A DNA stretch of 64,000 nucleotides from Eledone cirrhosa (lineage: Eukaryota), in NCBI GenBank assembly GCA_964016885.1, contig OZ024750.1, forward strand, positions 18,352,001-18,416,000. The letters run 5' to 3'. Made by a program: the position numbers and the translations under genes. This document shows, piece by piece, positions 50,190 to 62,236 of this stretch. Position 1 is the first letter of the stretch; every line of letters starts with the position of its first letter. A model generated the notes under the pieces. That model was not told the origin of the DNA. It saw only the letters and a list, made by a program, of their open reading frames with translations, and made no database searches.

Positions 50190-52100
50190 TTAAACATCTT
50201 GTACAAACATATATTGAATATAATTTACAAAAGAAACGAATCAACAGAAATTAATCAGAAAGAAAAGAGATGTATACTCAATCACACACTACAACAGGGA
50301 ATGTTGGAGTTCTCTAAATATTTTTTAGGTAAGCCAAGACACTCACGGGGTAACAGCAGATCTTAGCGAGATTAAGGTGCTGAATAGCCAAGCACCCTTA
50401 CCAGTATCACCTGATAGGTCAGTAAGACAGGGTCATAATGAGACTAAGGTGCTGGAATAACCAGAAGAGCATCACCTGAAATATCAATTAGACAGAGTGA
50501 CAGCGAGGCTAAGATACTGGAATAACCAAGTACCCCTACAAGGAGCATCCAACAATAACAAGAACCTCGTTGTCAACAGTCCAGCTTCCCCGACCGAACG
50601 TCACGAATGCCACTTACATAGACACATGAATTGCGAGGAAATGAATCAAATCGATCCTCAATACTTGACTGGTATTCATTTTATCGATCCCCGGAAGGAT
50701 AAAAAGGAAAATTGACCACTATGTAATTCCAACTCATGGTAAAAGACCTCAACAAAATGAAATAGTTTTGTGTCCGCCACTCTTTCGATCCTGTTCAGCA
50801 CAATGAATATTAAAGATGGGTAATCTTGCCGAATATGTGCGTAATTGGGGATCTGAATTATTGAAACGAATGAGATTTAGATATATCTAACTTAATCAGA
50901 TATTGTAGTTATTTTCTTTTTGTAACATGTGCTTTTAAAATGAAATTGTTTTCTTACATATACACGAAGCGGCTTAAAATTTCATTACATACGAATTAGA
51001 TTTTTGTAATCCCACGCCCAATATTTTTTTTTATCTATAATCCATTTCCTAAGTAGATATATTACGAAAAAAGTCATTTAATTAAGTTAGGAGTATCGGC
51101 GTTGAAGTGAAACATTCATTTGGGTAATTCAAGAAAACCCAAGTTTTGTTGTTGTTGTTGGTTTTTTTTTTGGGGGGGGGGGGGGTAAACATTCCCAACT
51201 ACGAACGTATTCGGCAAGATTACCTTTAAAAGATGTGTAACTTTACATCTATCTTGTATCGAACATTTAAAAGAATTAAATTAGTCATTTTTACACGAGC
51301 TTTGAAAAAGGACAAAGGTTTATCAAAAATCCTTAGTGTTATTTTTGTTTAACCCCCGGGTTAGTCCTCATGGAACAGACTTGTGATCAAAGTCATTCTA
51401 TCTATGGCCATCCAGACCTTTTTTCTTGGAGTAGTTCATCTAAGATTACATTGTCTGTGTCGTTGCTTTTTTTTTTTTTAAACATGGAATATGGCTGCTA
51501 TTTCTAACAGGCGGAGTTACTACGTAAATGTTCCCTCATTTGCCCTTCATCCGCGGGAAATGTGGTTGCTATTTCTAGCATATCGAGCTAACACGTGTAC
51601 GCTCTCTCATAACAGAGAGTTAGACAAATAAAATATAACATTCGAGACGTTCTCCGGGAGAACTGCGCCTCAGGCAACAGCGCTTTTATTATTGTTGGCA
51701 GCTTGTCTTACTGAAGTATCAGGTAATGCTTGTGCGGGTGCTTGACTATTTCAGTATCTTAGCTTCGCTATCACCCGGTCTTAATGAAATATCAAGTGAT
51801 GCTGTTGAAGGCACTTGACTATTCCAGTACCTTAGTTTCGTTATCACCTGGTTATCCTGAAGTATCGAGTGATACTCGTGGTGATGGTGCTTGGCTATTC
51901 CAGTGCCTTAGTCACGTTATCACTCACATCAATGCTGTGTTTTAGTTTATCTTTAAAATATTTAGAGCGAAAACTCCAACATTTCTTGTTGTAGTGTGTA
52001 ATTGAGTCTGTAAGTCTTCTCTTGTATTTTTTTCTTTTTCCTGATAATATCTATTGATTTGTTTCTTCTGTAAATCATATTCATCATATATAAATGTTTT
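50190..52100. repeat. Inverted duplication with arms ~50190-50610 and ~51639-52100; partial third copy ~49530-49720
   Basis: ACTCAAT(C/T)ACACACTACAACA..AATGTTGGAGTT and TAAG.T.CTGGAATA..CAAG subrepeats match in opposite orientation. Confidence 0.85.
50818..51225. mobile_element. Mutator-like MITE
   Basis: ~31-bp TIR GGTAATCTTGCCGAATA.GT.CGTA.TTGGG; imperfect ~9-bp flanking repeat ATTAAAGAT / TTAAAAGAT. Confidence 0.65.
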
Positions 52101-52309
52101 AATAAATAAACCACTTACATTTAATGTTTATAAGTTTTGAAATAAAATAAACCAAGGGAGACAAATCAAATAAGCCAATAGCATGAATTTAAAACGGCAA
52201 TCAAGCAACACTCTCTAGATACAGCGAGTGCTGCTGTCTGACTTCTCAACTTTTATGTAGTAAATGGTAATGACTTGATCGATACAGAGACTCTTTCTCA
52301 CTCACACAC

Positions 52310-52394
<85 letters not shown>

Positions 52395-52399
<5 letters not shown>

Positions 52400-52815
52400 G
52401 AGAAGAAAGAAGAATACTGCGTGGTTTGCACATGGGTTACAATATGATAAAAATAGTCCTTCGTCAGTGATTTGCCAACCATCATTAGTATTTCATCGCA
52501 TTAAAAATCAGATACCTCAGGTTGGTGCGAGCAATAAGCTAAACAAAAGTTATTGGGACAAGTGAACAACATAGAAGGATAAAAACAAACCAAAGAAAGG
52601 AAATAAACAAGCAACATGGTAGTCCTGGTCAGCATAAACTGGGTGGATTTCATGAGGGAATAGTACAGACGTCCGATATATATTAAACTAGGATGGATTC
52701 AGTTTGAAACTGGTTAGACCATTAGTCAACAGAGTACTCGATACATGGGGGGGTAGAATATGGTAATATTATAACGAGTCGGGACCCTGGCGGCTAAGTT
52801 GTTGCCGTTTCAACA
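52395..52815 (-). mobile_element. Diverged Penelope-like element related to 44.2/47.3 kb
   Basis: Minus strand GAAACGGC..GCCGCCAGGGTC..TCTAC..GTATCGAGTACTCTG..ATGGTC aligns with 44432-44533; CTGACGAAGGAC at 52456-52467. Confidence 0.55.
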
Positions 52816-53230
52816 GCCAGTCTCAAACTGGCCTTGTGCCTAGAGTAGAAACAATTTATATATATATATATATGAGAGACGTAAAATATTTATATATAAA
52901 TTGTTTCTACTTTAGGTACAAGGCCAGCAATTACTCAGTGCATTACTGGTACTTTATTTTATCGACCCCGTAAGATATATAATGATTATGTTTGGGCAGA
53001 TGATGTTTGATCCATTTGATACCAAACTGCCTGGAACCACCCTTGGTTCTATGACACACAGCTGATTATTTTAAAGTGTTTATATTTAATAACCTTCCAT
53101 CATAAATCTATATAAGAACTTTTGGGAAGTTACATTCCAAACAACAGCTTAATAATGAAAAATCCTTCTAAATTCTTGATTATTTTCATAATTACTTGAA
53201 AATCATAAGCATTGTCTATCATTAGAAATA

Positions 53231-53416
53231 TAATTGTTTCTACTTTTGGCACAAAGCCAGCAAATACCCAGTGTATTACTGGTACTTTATTTTATCGACC
53301 CCGTAAGGATGAAAGGCAAAGTTAACCTCGGCGGCATTTGAACTCAGAATGGCAAGGGCCGTAACTCTATGCGTCAAAGCATGGCGTCCAACCCTCTACC
53401 GATACTGCCAATCCAG
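53231..53416 (-). mobile_element. SINE family A inserted in a P2 MITE
   Basis: TTAGAAAT(A/G)TAAT duplicated on both sides; MITE continues to GGGTTAA near 53442. Confidence 0.9.
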
Positions 53417-56100
53417 CGTTAGAAATGTAATGAAAGGGTTAAAGTGTTTAAATTCATCTAAAAACCTTTTAATAATTATTTTTTGTAAGAATCTTTATGT
53501 TCCGAACACCAGCTTACTAATGAGAAAGTTAGTTATATTTAAAAAAAACCCGTCCAATTTCTTTATTATGTTCAAACATTGCCTTTTATCCTTATGGGGT
53601 CGATAAAATAAAGTACCAGTAATACACTGAGTATTTGCTGGCCTTGTGCCAAAAGTAGAAACAATTATTTGAAAATCAGAGGCAATATATTTCATTAGCA
53701 ATACGGTAGTGAAAGGGTTAAGTACTCGATTATTAATGCATGTAAAAAATGTAAGAGCATTTATTATAATAATAAACTACACTAAATTATCAATAAATAA
53801 TTAATTCACTTACCATAAATAAATGTAAGTAGGGATTTCGGAGATGTAACACACTCGCACATCAATATGCTCTCGTGTGTAATGAAAGCAATTACTTTGA
53901 TTGCTAAAAAATTAACGAGGTTTTGATGTTCCTTTGTACATACAACTACAGGTACAGTGAGGGAAGCAAAGGTAAGGGAGAGGTAAAAAAGAGAGACGGG
54001 GACAGGTGAAGACTACCAATCAGTTATGATAAAAGATGAGCGGTGACCCCGACAAAGGTTTGATCCCCAAGTTCATAGGGAAAATTCTCCACTTGAGAGA
54101 AGCAGAAATGTTACAATTTCCCATTTCCTTCTAAAATTATTTAGAAAGTCTTAGGATTTTGTGAGAATTTTTTTTTTTTTCTCAAAATGTTAATTTATGG
54201 TACGTTTGTGCTTTCGTATATGTTAAACATGTATTTGGCGTGTGCTATTTCTTTTTGTATATATCTTCCTCTCTTCTCTTTCCATTTTCCGAAATCTTCA
54301 TAAATTTACACAATCAAGTTTCTTTATCTTCAAATGTTATTCCAACAGAATTTAATGTCGACAATTCACACAGCAATTGTGTTTTAATCGTATGTTCACA
54401 ACGATTTCGAAAACAAAGCATTTACTATCTAAACGACGCCTGAATAAAGAAATGTGATAATTAAAAAAAAAACCGCGCCAAAGCTGTTAATGTTTACGTT
54501 CAAATAGTAACATACACGTGCTGGCTTTGAAGGGTTTCTGCTTGCTGATGGTTTTATTTTAACTTCGTTACTGAAGCTTTTCTAGCCATTTAAGGATGGG
54601 CTTTCACTCTAGTTGAATTAGTAGTCTTCGCAGAGGGCTAAAAATCGATTTTTGTCTTCGGTAAAGTCGCCACTAGGCAAGGCTATAGTTTGTAGGGCTG
54701 ACACTATACGTTGAGTTGCTTTCTATTAAAATAAAGAGAGAGAGAGAGTCACTTGGCAATGAATTCGTCTGCATTGTCTTTGTAGGTTTTCCCTGTGTGT
54801 ATTTTTTTTTAATTATATACATACATTAATTTATTATGTGTTTATATTTGTATTTATATTTTCATTCTGAAAGAATTGTGAACAATTTGTAATGTTATTT
54901 ATACAACTGTAAATAAATTACTCAACTTATATATAAATATGCATTGTAAATTTATACATATTATTTATATAGTCTATATTTATGTATATATATATACATT
55001 ATATATATATATGTGTGTGTTTATATATATATATGTGTGTGTGTGTATATATATATATATACATATATATATATACATATATATATATACAAGTGAGTGT
55101 GTGTGTATATATATATACCTACAGTCTTTATTATATAGATATATGTGTGTGTATGTATATATATATATGTGTATGTGTGTGTATAAATATATATTCTCCC
55201 ACTGGTCTTCACCCTTCACCGTCCAGCCCACGTCACCATGGAAGGACGAATACTCCCTCCTACTAGGCTTTCCGAAGTCAAGTCCCCCTCCTCCCTCTTC
55301 ATCGCACCCCTGCCACCCACATCCCCAACACATCTTCTTTACCCAGCCCAGGTCTACATGAAAAGCCAGGCACATCCCACAGTACACTGCCAGATGCCAC
55401 TCACTCGCTTCAAGGCCATCTCCAAGAACTGGCTCCTGCTATCCCACTCAGCAAACAAGATGTAGATCTCCATTTTTGACCCCATCCCCCCTCAACTATC
55501 ATCTTATACCCCCCTCCCCACTTCCGTCGCTGCCCCCCCCCTCTCAACTCCCATCACTACCTTCTTCCCAACTTGGTCCCCTCCCGGATACAGCTAACAC
55601 CCCAGTGTTGTAATGAGGTAGTACTGGTGCCAGGATAAAAATGCAATCAACCCTCTCTGTAATGTGGTAGGTAATAGTGGTGGTGGTGATGATGATGATA
55701 TATGTATATTTATTCTAAGTATATGCACAGAATAAATATATACGTACATACATATATACTTGTGTTATAGGGTGTTTCCTAATTGGCAGCAGGTGCTGTC
55801 ATGAAGAAAATCATGGTGTAATAAGGAAAGAGCACTCAACGTCATTTGCATCTTATCAATTTTGATATGGAATTGTATAATAGAGTTGAATACATCAATA
55901 AGACAACACAAAGGATAGAATCTATAATATCTTTAAATACACAATAGCCATAATACGTATTTCTGTTGCAAGATGTTTACATCATGATACCATGACACAA
56001 TCTATATCACAGCTTCATCAGATGCCACAAGGTAATCGATACATAATCCATATGCAAAGCACTTTAATGTAGCGATACAAAGATGGTTATTGTCTAATTA

Positions 56101-56268
56101 ATTGTTTCTACGTTAGGCACAAGGCCAGCAATTAACCAGTGCATTACTGGTACTTTATTTTATCGACTCCGTAAGGATGAAAGGCAAAGTTAACCTCGGC
56201 GGGATTTGAACTCAGAATGGCAAGGGCCGTAACTCTATACGTCAAAGCATGGCGTCCGACCACCTACC
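56101..56268 (-). mobile_element. SINE family A (5'-truncated) with ~18-bp TSD
   Basis: ATGGTTATTGT(C/G)TAATTA at 56083-56100 and 56269-56286. Confidence 0.93.
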
Positions 56269-56872
56269 ATGGTTATTGTGTAATTAATGATATTATAAAA
56301 TCTAGTCTTCATATGTGTACATGTCTTAAGCGTACTGCTTCTATCATTTTTGGAGGTGCAGACATTCATGATTTTCTGATAAAAATGACTAATTTTAAAG
56401 AATATACAAGGTGTATTTTTGAGACACCAGCTCAACCACTTTATATACTTGGCAAAGTATATTCTATGAAGGCAGCAACACTAACAATTCTTATTTGGAA
56501 ACTTCAAATGTTTCTCTTTCTGCAAGGAGTTGTGAACGGTCGATAGTAGCAGCAATGGAAAGACCAATGGAAGCATTGTCTCTTTGGTCCGATTTAACAA
56601 GTTCCACTCAAGTCGGTAAACAAATGAAGGTTTGGGATCTTGTTGATCAATTCCCCACTCCCCTCTTATGCAGTTTTAGAATAAGTAGAAATCTATGATA
56701 AACTTATGGGTGTTTAAAACATAACTTAACAAAGCTTCTTACATAAAAATATGACGGAAGCTTTTTTAGATAAATACAAACACTTTAATATAAACAGTTC
56801 CGTATCAGAAAACCAGGGGTAGTTTCAGGGGTTTGGTATCAGAAGGCTTCATAACTTTCATTATTTATTACC

Positions 56873-57172
56873 GGCGGTGGATTGGCAGTATCGGTAGAGG
56901 GTCGGACGCCATGCTTTCAGCATAGTTACGTCCCTTTACGATCTGAGTTCAAATCCCGCCGAGGTTGACTTTGCCTTTCATCCTTACGGGGTCGATAAAA
57001 TAAAGTACCAGTAATGCACTGGGTAATTGCTGGCCTTGTGCCTAAAGTAGAAACAATTATTTATTACCGGCGAGGTTCACTTTGCCTTTCATCCTTACGG
57101 GGTCGATAAAATAAAGTACCAGTAATAACACTAGAATAATTGCTGGCCTTGTGCCAAAAGTAGAAACAATTA
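56873..57172 (+). mobile_element. SINE family A, full copy plus a tandem 3' half
   Basis: ATTATTTATTA occurs before, between and after the two units. Confidence 0.92.
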
Positions 57173-58456
57173 TTTATTAGGTTGAAATCCAGTAATACAG
57201 TAGTTTGTAAGATGTTTGTATTCAGCTAATAAAAGTATCTAATTTCTCACCTCCACATTCCACCTAAATAAAAACATCTTTGTAAATAGTCAAGGAATTT
57301 TTTTTCCTGTGTAAACCTTTCTTTGTAAATATAGTCTAAACTAGCACAAACTTCTCGGGGAAACAGATACTTTTAATCCTTTTGTTATCATATATCTGAT
57401 AAAATACAGTGTATTTGAATTAATAAAGGATTTAGAGAGATTTTCTAAAATTACAAATCATTTCATTGAGATAGTATTTGTACCATAACATAACAAATGT
57501 TTCGTATATCAAGACATGTTGGAACACGTTATTTAATTAAGAACCCTTTAAAATGAATGGTTATGTTTCTCAGAATCAGAGGCAGGTTTGAGCAAGTTGG
57601 TATCAAAAGAGGTAATTTATTTTAGTTCAATTCAGTTTTATTCTATCATTGACATTAAAAATTTATAATTTCAAATTGTTTCGGCCACAAACCCCAGAAC
57701 CGTGGTCCACGGTGTAGAGGACAGGAAGACAAGCAAATACTGGGGCTTCTTTGGCCGCTTCCTCTTTGCACTGGTCCCCCTCGGTGTCCTTGGGCCCCGG
57801 ACAAAACGTCAGCAGCTCGTGTGAGGAAGGAGCCCTGCGAAGTGGGGTGGTTATTGTAGTGAGGAAATGCCTTTGCAGTTTTATCCGCAGGGCGTAGCCA
57901 AAACACCGCTCCAAAACCTAGGCATATAGTCTCTCACCCTATCCTCTCTCTTCCTCTTTCTTCCATTGCCGAATAGTCCTTGCTCTTTCCCTCCCTTTCT
58001 TCTAATTTATGGCATTTATAGTCCTTTCCTATACAGTCAGATTTGACCTTCTTTACCACCTCCTTTATTTTCATAACTTAATTTTGTTTATATTTATATA
58101 ATATAATATATGACAGCCCTTTTCTCGGGGGTTCTTATATTAAAGTTGTTTTTTTCTGTGGTGAAAAACGGCTTCCATGCTGGAAACAGGATGATAAAAT
58201 ACCATCTAGATCTTTAATATTATGCGGTTGTTTCTAATTAAACCAGGGTGATTTCCACTGTTTCAGCTAGTCTATATAACAAAGAAAATAACGTCGTTTT
58301 TTTTTTCTCTCTCTACTCTTTTGTCAGTTTATTTCCTTTTGTTTCCCCTGATTCAAAATATCGTCTGCTTAATATGTTGTTTCTTTGGTATACCAGCAGT
58401 AACATCTGTTATCTCCACCCCTCTATCTGTCTATCTCTCTCACTCTCTCTCTCTCT

Positions 58457-58592
58457 TGCATTGTTACCCCTTCTCTCTCTCACTCCCTCTCTCCTGCATT
58501 GTTACCCCTTCTCTCTCTCACTCCCTCTCTCCTGCATTGTTACCCCTTCTCTCTCTCACTCTCTCTCCTGCATTGTTATCCCTTCTCTCTCT
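58457..58592. repeat. 38-bp pyrimidine-rich minisatellite (about 3.5 units)
   Basis: TGCATTGTTA starts at 58457, 58495, 58533, 58569. Confidence 0.95.
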
Positions 58593-61500
58593 CTAACACA
58601 CACACACACACGTTGCCCCCTCACATACTTATTCAATTTTTTTCAGTTTCTGAACATATCACACACACACGTCTGCTTTTAAAAAGTAATATATTATATC
58701 CGGGATTTAGAGGATTGGTTGCAGAATGAATCATGACGGCTGAAGCCTTCCTTTCTCCTTTTCTTTTTTCGTTGGTCAAACGTACGTTGTTTCTTTCTAT
58801 TTTTAATCTTCATTCAAGATTTGATGAGATCGTCAACATTATCAATGACTATCAGAATGTGTGTAATACGTCATCAATAAAAGTGTACAATTAATTTATG
58901 TTAAACTTATAGCTTCGTCGGTGGCTAATTAATTAAAATAGTTGTGTAATTATGGGTAAATATTGGACTTTTAATTATCTACAAAATAACCCCAATCTCC
59001 ACTGGTAGTTTGTTGTTTGTTTGTAAAAACCATTTATTTGTTATTTACTAAATACTTTAGAAAGATAAACAAAACGTTTTTATATTGTCACATCGTGATC
59101 GCCATCGTGTTTATAAAATCGACAAAATATTTTTACACCCTTCAGTAATTTCTTATATATTTGTATATGAACTACTTCATTAATTAATTACTGAGATTGT
59201 ATCGATTGGTTGATATTTAAAGCAAATTTTTAGCTACCTTTTTCTTCTCCGAATCTAATCATATTTTCTGGTTTAGGCAAAGACAGTTTGAAATGGTTCT
59301 TCAAATCTCAGTTATATTCGGAACAAGGTGTTGAATTTTAAATCATTATCTATCATCGAACATTAATTAACCCCTTTCATATCAAACAATTATAAAAGAC
59401 TTCCATGTAAGAATCTTTGTTCTTTTGTGCTTAAATAATAAGAAAGTTATATTACTAAATCCTTCCAAATTAAAATATCAGAGGTAGTGTCTTTCATTAG
59501 AGATATAGTAATGAAAAGGTTAAGGTATATTAGATACTTTATAGACGAAGAAAATATCGTTCTCAATTTATCTCAACAACCAGAAGACATTATCTGATTA
59601 TTTTAGTTAGATCATTATGCATTTCTTAATTATTAAGTTGTTTTACACATACCAATATTAAGTGGATGTTGACAATAGATCTCATTTGAAGAAAATGAAA
59701 ATATCTCCCCTGCACGTGCAGTTTGAAATCTACATTTTGTGTAAAATACTGCTTGCACTTACATGGTAAATGATGGTTTAAAGACTTGACCTTCTGAATG
59801 TGAATTATTTTATGAAAGATTTGAAGGGATTTACTAAAAATATTAATTATTTCAGTATTGATATAGTATTTGTAACATAACTTAACAAAAGGTTCTCATA
59901 TCAAAGCATCCTTTAAAATGGGTGATTATGTTTCATAAAACCAAAGGCAATTTTGGGCAGGTTGGTATCAAAAGGTTTAAAACACTCATAAAATGTTAAA
60001 AATAACAATTATAAAAGCTTGTCAAACTCACAGAATATCGAACACTGGGTCATGGCACCTGCTTCAAAGATTTTGCAGTTGTAAAATTTCCTTAAAATAA
60101 ACCTTGTAAAAGATAAATTTCTTTTGTGATATTTCCTCTTTCCCTTTCAACACTTAGTTACAGCTTCAAGGCCCTTAGAAACGAAAAAAGAAATGTTTCC
60201 TACAAAGTTATACATGTGTGTCATGATATTTTGTTTTCATACTATACAAGATATTCCTCTCCCCTCTCTAAAACATTTGCCCCTTGAAAGCAATTTGATA
60301 CTGCAAAGCACTGCAAAAGTTTTGAAATAATTACTAACGTTTTTATGTTGTTTTTGTTCTCACACTGATATAAAAGGTCATAAAACCTAAGATTTCTTTT
60401 TTATTGAGAAGAAACAGGACCAGTTCTACCATTAAAGCTAACTAGACAGCTGCTTGGGTACACACCTCAAAGATGCGGGAGATGTGCGTACTGGACTTTA
60501 TAGGATCACAGTTTTAAACAAATCTCTATAATTAAAATAACTCTTAACAACCTTAAAATATCAAAAATGGATTTGTTGGTTCAAATGTTTATAGTATCTT
60601 TATTAGTGGACATATTGTTGAAGTTTGCTGTACTAGAGTAATTTTTTTCATCATCAATTTAATGTTCAATGTGATGCAATCATAGTGCTGTTTTTTATAT
60701 TTTTTAAGAATGTCTTGCTAATGTGGTTTCATGTAGTAAAAAAAATCAATAGTTAAATATATAATTTCGTGTCATCAATAAATTAATCTTTAAACATCTT
60801 TCTATGTAGCAGTATTGTAGAAATATCTAGTGGTGGAGATGGTCATGGTGTTATGACCTGTCACAGTTTAGTGTGGTCTTTGTAGTGGAAAATGCAGGCT
60901 TAGTACTTTTGTTCATGTGGTCTGAGCAAGAAGTGTCAAATACTAGGTTTGTCAGCTTGTCAAGCTGTAAGTTGAAATTATTTTATTTGGGAGAATAGGG
61001 TGCATAACTGAGGAGGAGTATACACATTATAGAGCTAGCCTAGGGTACTGGGTACTCAGGTGCTGGTCAAGGATGGAAGGTCAGTACCCCATGACCTTTT
61101 TTCTGAGCCTCTGAGACATGTGGGAGGGAGGAAGCTATCCTCAAACTAAAAACTTGCTCTGAATGCTTGCATCAGAGTGGACTCTGCTAAAAGTACCCAG
61201 GAGACATGTGGTAGTGTTAAACTCGGTGACGCATTAAGATTAAAATACTAATGCATATTTTTGAAGACTAAAAACAACAAGTGTTTTAAGGTCATTTCCT
61301 TTCTAAAACAGGTTAGCCATGTGCATCCCATGACAAGCTTTTTCCTCCGTATGTTTAAAGAGTAACATAATATATTTCTAAAGTTTGAAAATTTACATTT
61401 GAAAATATAATTGAGAAATTAATGCAAAACTCTAGAAAGATATATGTATTTTTTTTTAATGCTCTTTTGCAGTAACTATATTAACACTAACTTGACTGTT

Positions 61501-62056
61501 GTCTTTTCATGCAGATATCATCCAATAACAATTTATTCAATTATTTTATATGCCAACCAGTGTATAAAGTAACTAAAAGAGTTGGTACCGGGAAGAGCAT
61601 CTGGCCATGAAACATTTTTTTAAAAAGGACCCCATGATGAGTTGCTTAAGTCTATCATGGAGCCTGCAAAGCTAAAACGTGCTTTAGCAGGAAAACTGGC
61701 CTTAAAATGCTTGTTGTAGTGTATATTATTCTACATTTACTTTGTGATTCTCCCATTACTGCCATGGAAAGTATGGTGAAATCTTTGTATCACTGAAGAG
61801 GTCTAATAAGACTGGAATATATCAAGTTATCTTTCCTACTTTATAATCTGAGGAAACTGGAATCCACTGTGATTCTGTTCATCCGTCTATTACACTCTGT
61901 TCTCCCTAAATGTCCTACCAGTTTGAGACACATATCCTGAAATATATTTCTAACAGCCGGTATCCTTATCTAAATGCATGTTTATTATACATATACATAT
62001 TGTATATGGGTTCATATATGCTTTTATTCTGAATCACACTGTGTTAGTGCTATCAC

Positions 62057-62236
62057 TAATTAATTGTTTCTACTTTTGGCACAGTAATTACCCAGTATAT
62101 TACTGGTACTTATTTTATCGACCCCGTAAGGATGAAAGGCAAAGTTAACCTCGGCGGGATTTGAACTCAGATCATAAAGGGACGTAACTCTATGCTTCAA
62201 AGCATGGTGTCCGACTCTCTACCAATACTGCCAATC
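62057..62236 (-). mobile_element. SINE family A
   Basis: Reverse complement of the consensus with a small deletion. Confidence 0.9.

Noticed and set aside
56005-56028. TATCACAGC (miR-2 family seed)
   Set aside because: The rest of the mature sequence differs and there is no complementary 5' arm upstream
55760-56500. Possible pseudogene or transposase remnant split by a SINE
   Set aside because: Rejoined frames still contain stops and show no recognisable motif; left unannotated
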